Below, one piece after another: positions 62,965 to 64,000 of a stretch of DNA of 64,000 nt. Origin of the DNA: Octopus vulgaris (taxonomy: Eukaryota); assembly GCA_951406725.2 (NCBI GenBank), contig OX597819.1, forward strand, positions 28,520,001 to 28,584,000. The letters run 5' to 3'. A program made the translations under genes and the position numbers. Every line of letters starts with the position of its first letter. Position 1 is the first letter of the stretch. Under the pieces are notes generated by a model. The model did no database searches, had not been told where the DNA came from, and saw only the letters and a program-made list of their open reading frames with translations.

Positions 62965-63346
62965 GGGATGGAAGCACTCCGTCGGTTACGTCGACGAGGG
63001 TTCCGGTTGATTCGATCAACGGAACAGCCTGCTCGTGAAATTAACGTGTAAGTGGCTGAGCACTCCACAGACACGTGTACCCTTAACGTAGTTCTCGGGG
63101 ATATTCAGCGTGACACAGAGAGTGACAAGGCTGGCCCTTTGAAATACAGGTACAACAGAAACAGGAAGTAAGAGTGAGAGAAAGTTGTGGTGAAAGAGTA
63201 CAGCAGGGATCATCACCATCCCTGCCAGAGCCTCGTGGAGCTTTAAGTGTTTTCGCTCAATAAACACTCACAACGCCCAGTCTGGGAATCGAAACCGCGA
63301 TCCTACGACCGTGAGTCCGCTGCCCTAACCACTGGGCCATTGCGCC
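62965..63346 (-). mobile_element. tRNA-derived SINE (head type C, tail type 1)
   Basis: Reverse complement of 8753-9149. Confidence 0.88.
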
Positions 63347-63646
63347 ATGTATGTATGTATGTATGTATGTATGTATTATGTAAGCACACAGTAAAGTGGC
63401 TGGCACTTAGAAGGGCATCCATCCAACTGTAAAGACCATGCCAAAACTAACCTCATCTGTATTTGTGCCATGTAAAAGGCAATCAGTCCACCATGCTTGG
63501 TGGTTGGTGTTAGGAAGGACATCCAGCCATTAAAACCATGCTGAAACAAACACAGAAGTCTGGTGTAGTCTTCTGCCTGGCCATCTCCTGTCAAATTGCC
63601 CAACCCATGCCAGCATGGAGGGCAGATGTTAAACGATGATGATAAT

Positions 63647-63879
63647 AAGGCGGCGAGCTGGCAGAAACGTTAGCACATCGGGTGAAATGCGTAGCCGTAT
63701 TTCGTCTGCCATTACGTTCTGAGTTCAAATTCCGCCGAGGTCGACTTTGCCTTTCATCCTTTCGGGGTCGATTAAATAAGTACCAGTAACGCACTGGAGT
63801 CGATATAATCGACTTAATCCATTTGTCTGTCCTTGTTTGTCCCCTCTGTGTTTAGCCCCTTGTGGGTAGTAAAGAAATA
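63647..63879 (+). mobile_element. SINE family B inserted into the GAT tail of an RTE-UTR repeat
   Basis: TSD GATGATGATAAT at 63635-63646 and 63880-63891. Confidence 0.88.
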
Positions 63880-64000
63880 GATGATGATAATGATGATGAT
63901 GTATGTATATAAATTTATATGTCAACATAAAAGAATGGAGAATTAAACATTATTTTATCAGCTTTCTTGCATGTTCTAGACAGATTGCCAAATTACAAAA

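Overview
AT-rich, microsatellite-dense animal genomic DNA. The repeat content (tRNA-derived SINEs, RTE 3' ends with (GAT)n tails, Dong/R4, Penelope, TTAGGG) looks like an octopus genome; this is inference. The only host gene I can support is the 3' part of PIGA (GPI-GlcNAc transferase catalytic subunit) on the + strand: coding exons 468-553, 2268-2451, 4292-4391 and 6679-6726, plus a probable 3'-UTR exon at about 7892-8560. The remaining ~55 kb is intergenic or intronic and full of mobile DNA. It holds a full-length frameshifted irritans-type mariner, a ~4.5 kb decayed hAT element with a nested Merlin-like MITE, a cluster of Dong/R4-type elements in (TAA)n, Penelope GIY-YIG relics, CR1/Tx1/RTE fragments, non-autonomous Helitrons and about 20 SINEs. 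The most notable non-coding signals are a near-canonical type I hammerhead ribozyme (41292-41390), a second variant hammerhead, a 163-bp palindrome, a chimeric duplicate of a PIGA exon and variable tandem arrays inside RTE 3' UTRs. Most ORFs in the supplied track are microsatellite or SINE artefacts. Coordinates were counted by hand and may be off by a few bases.
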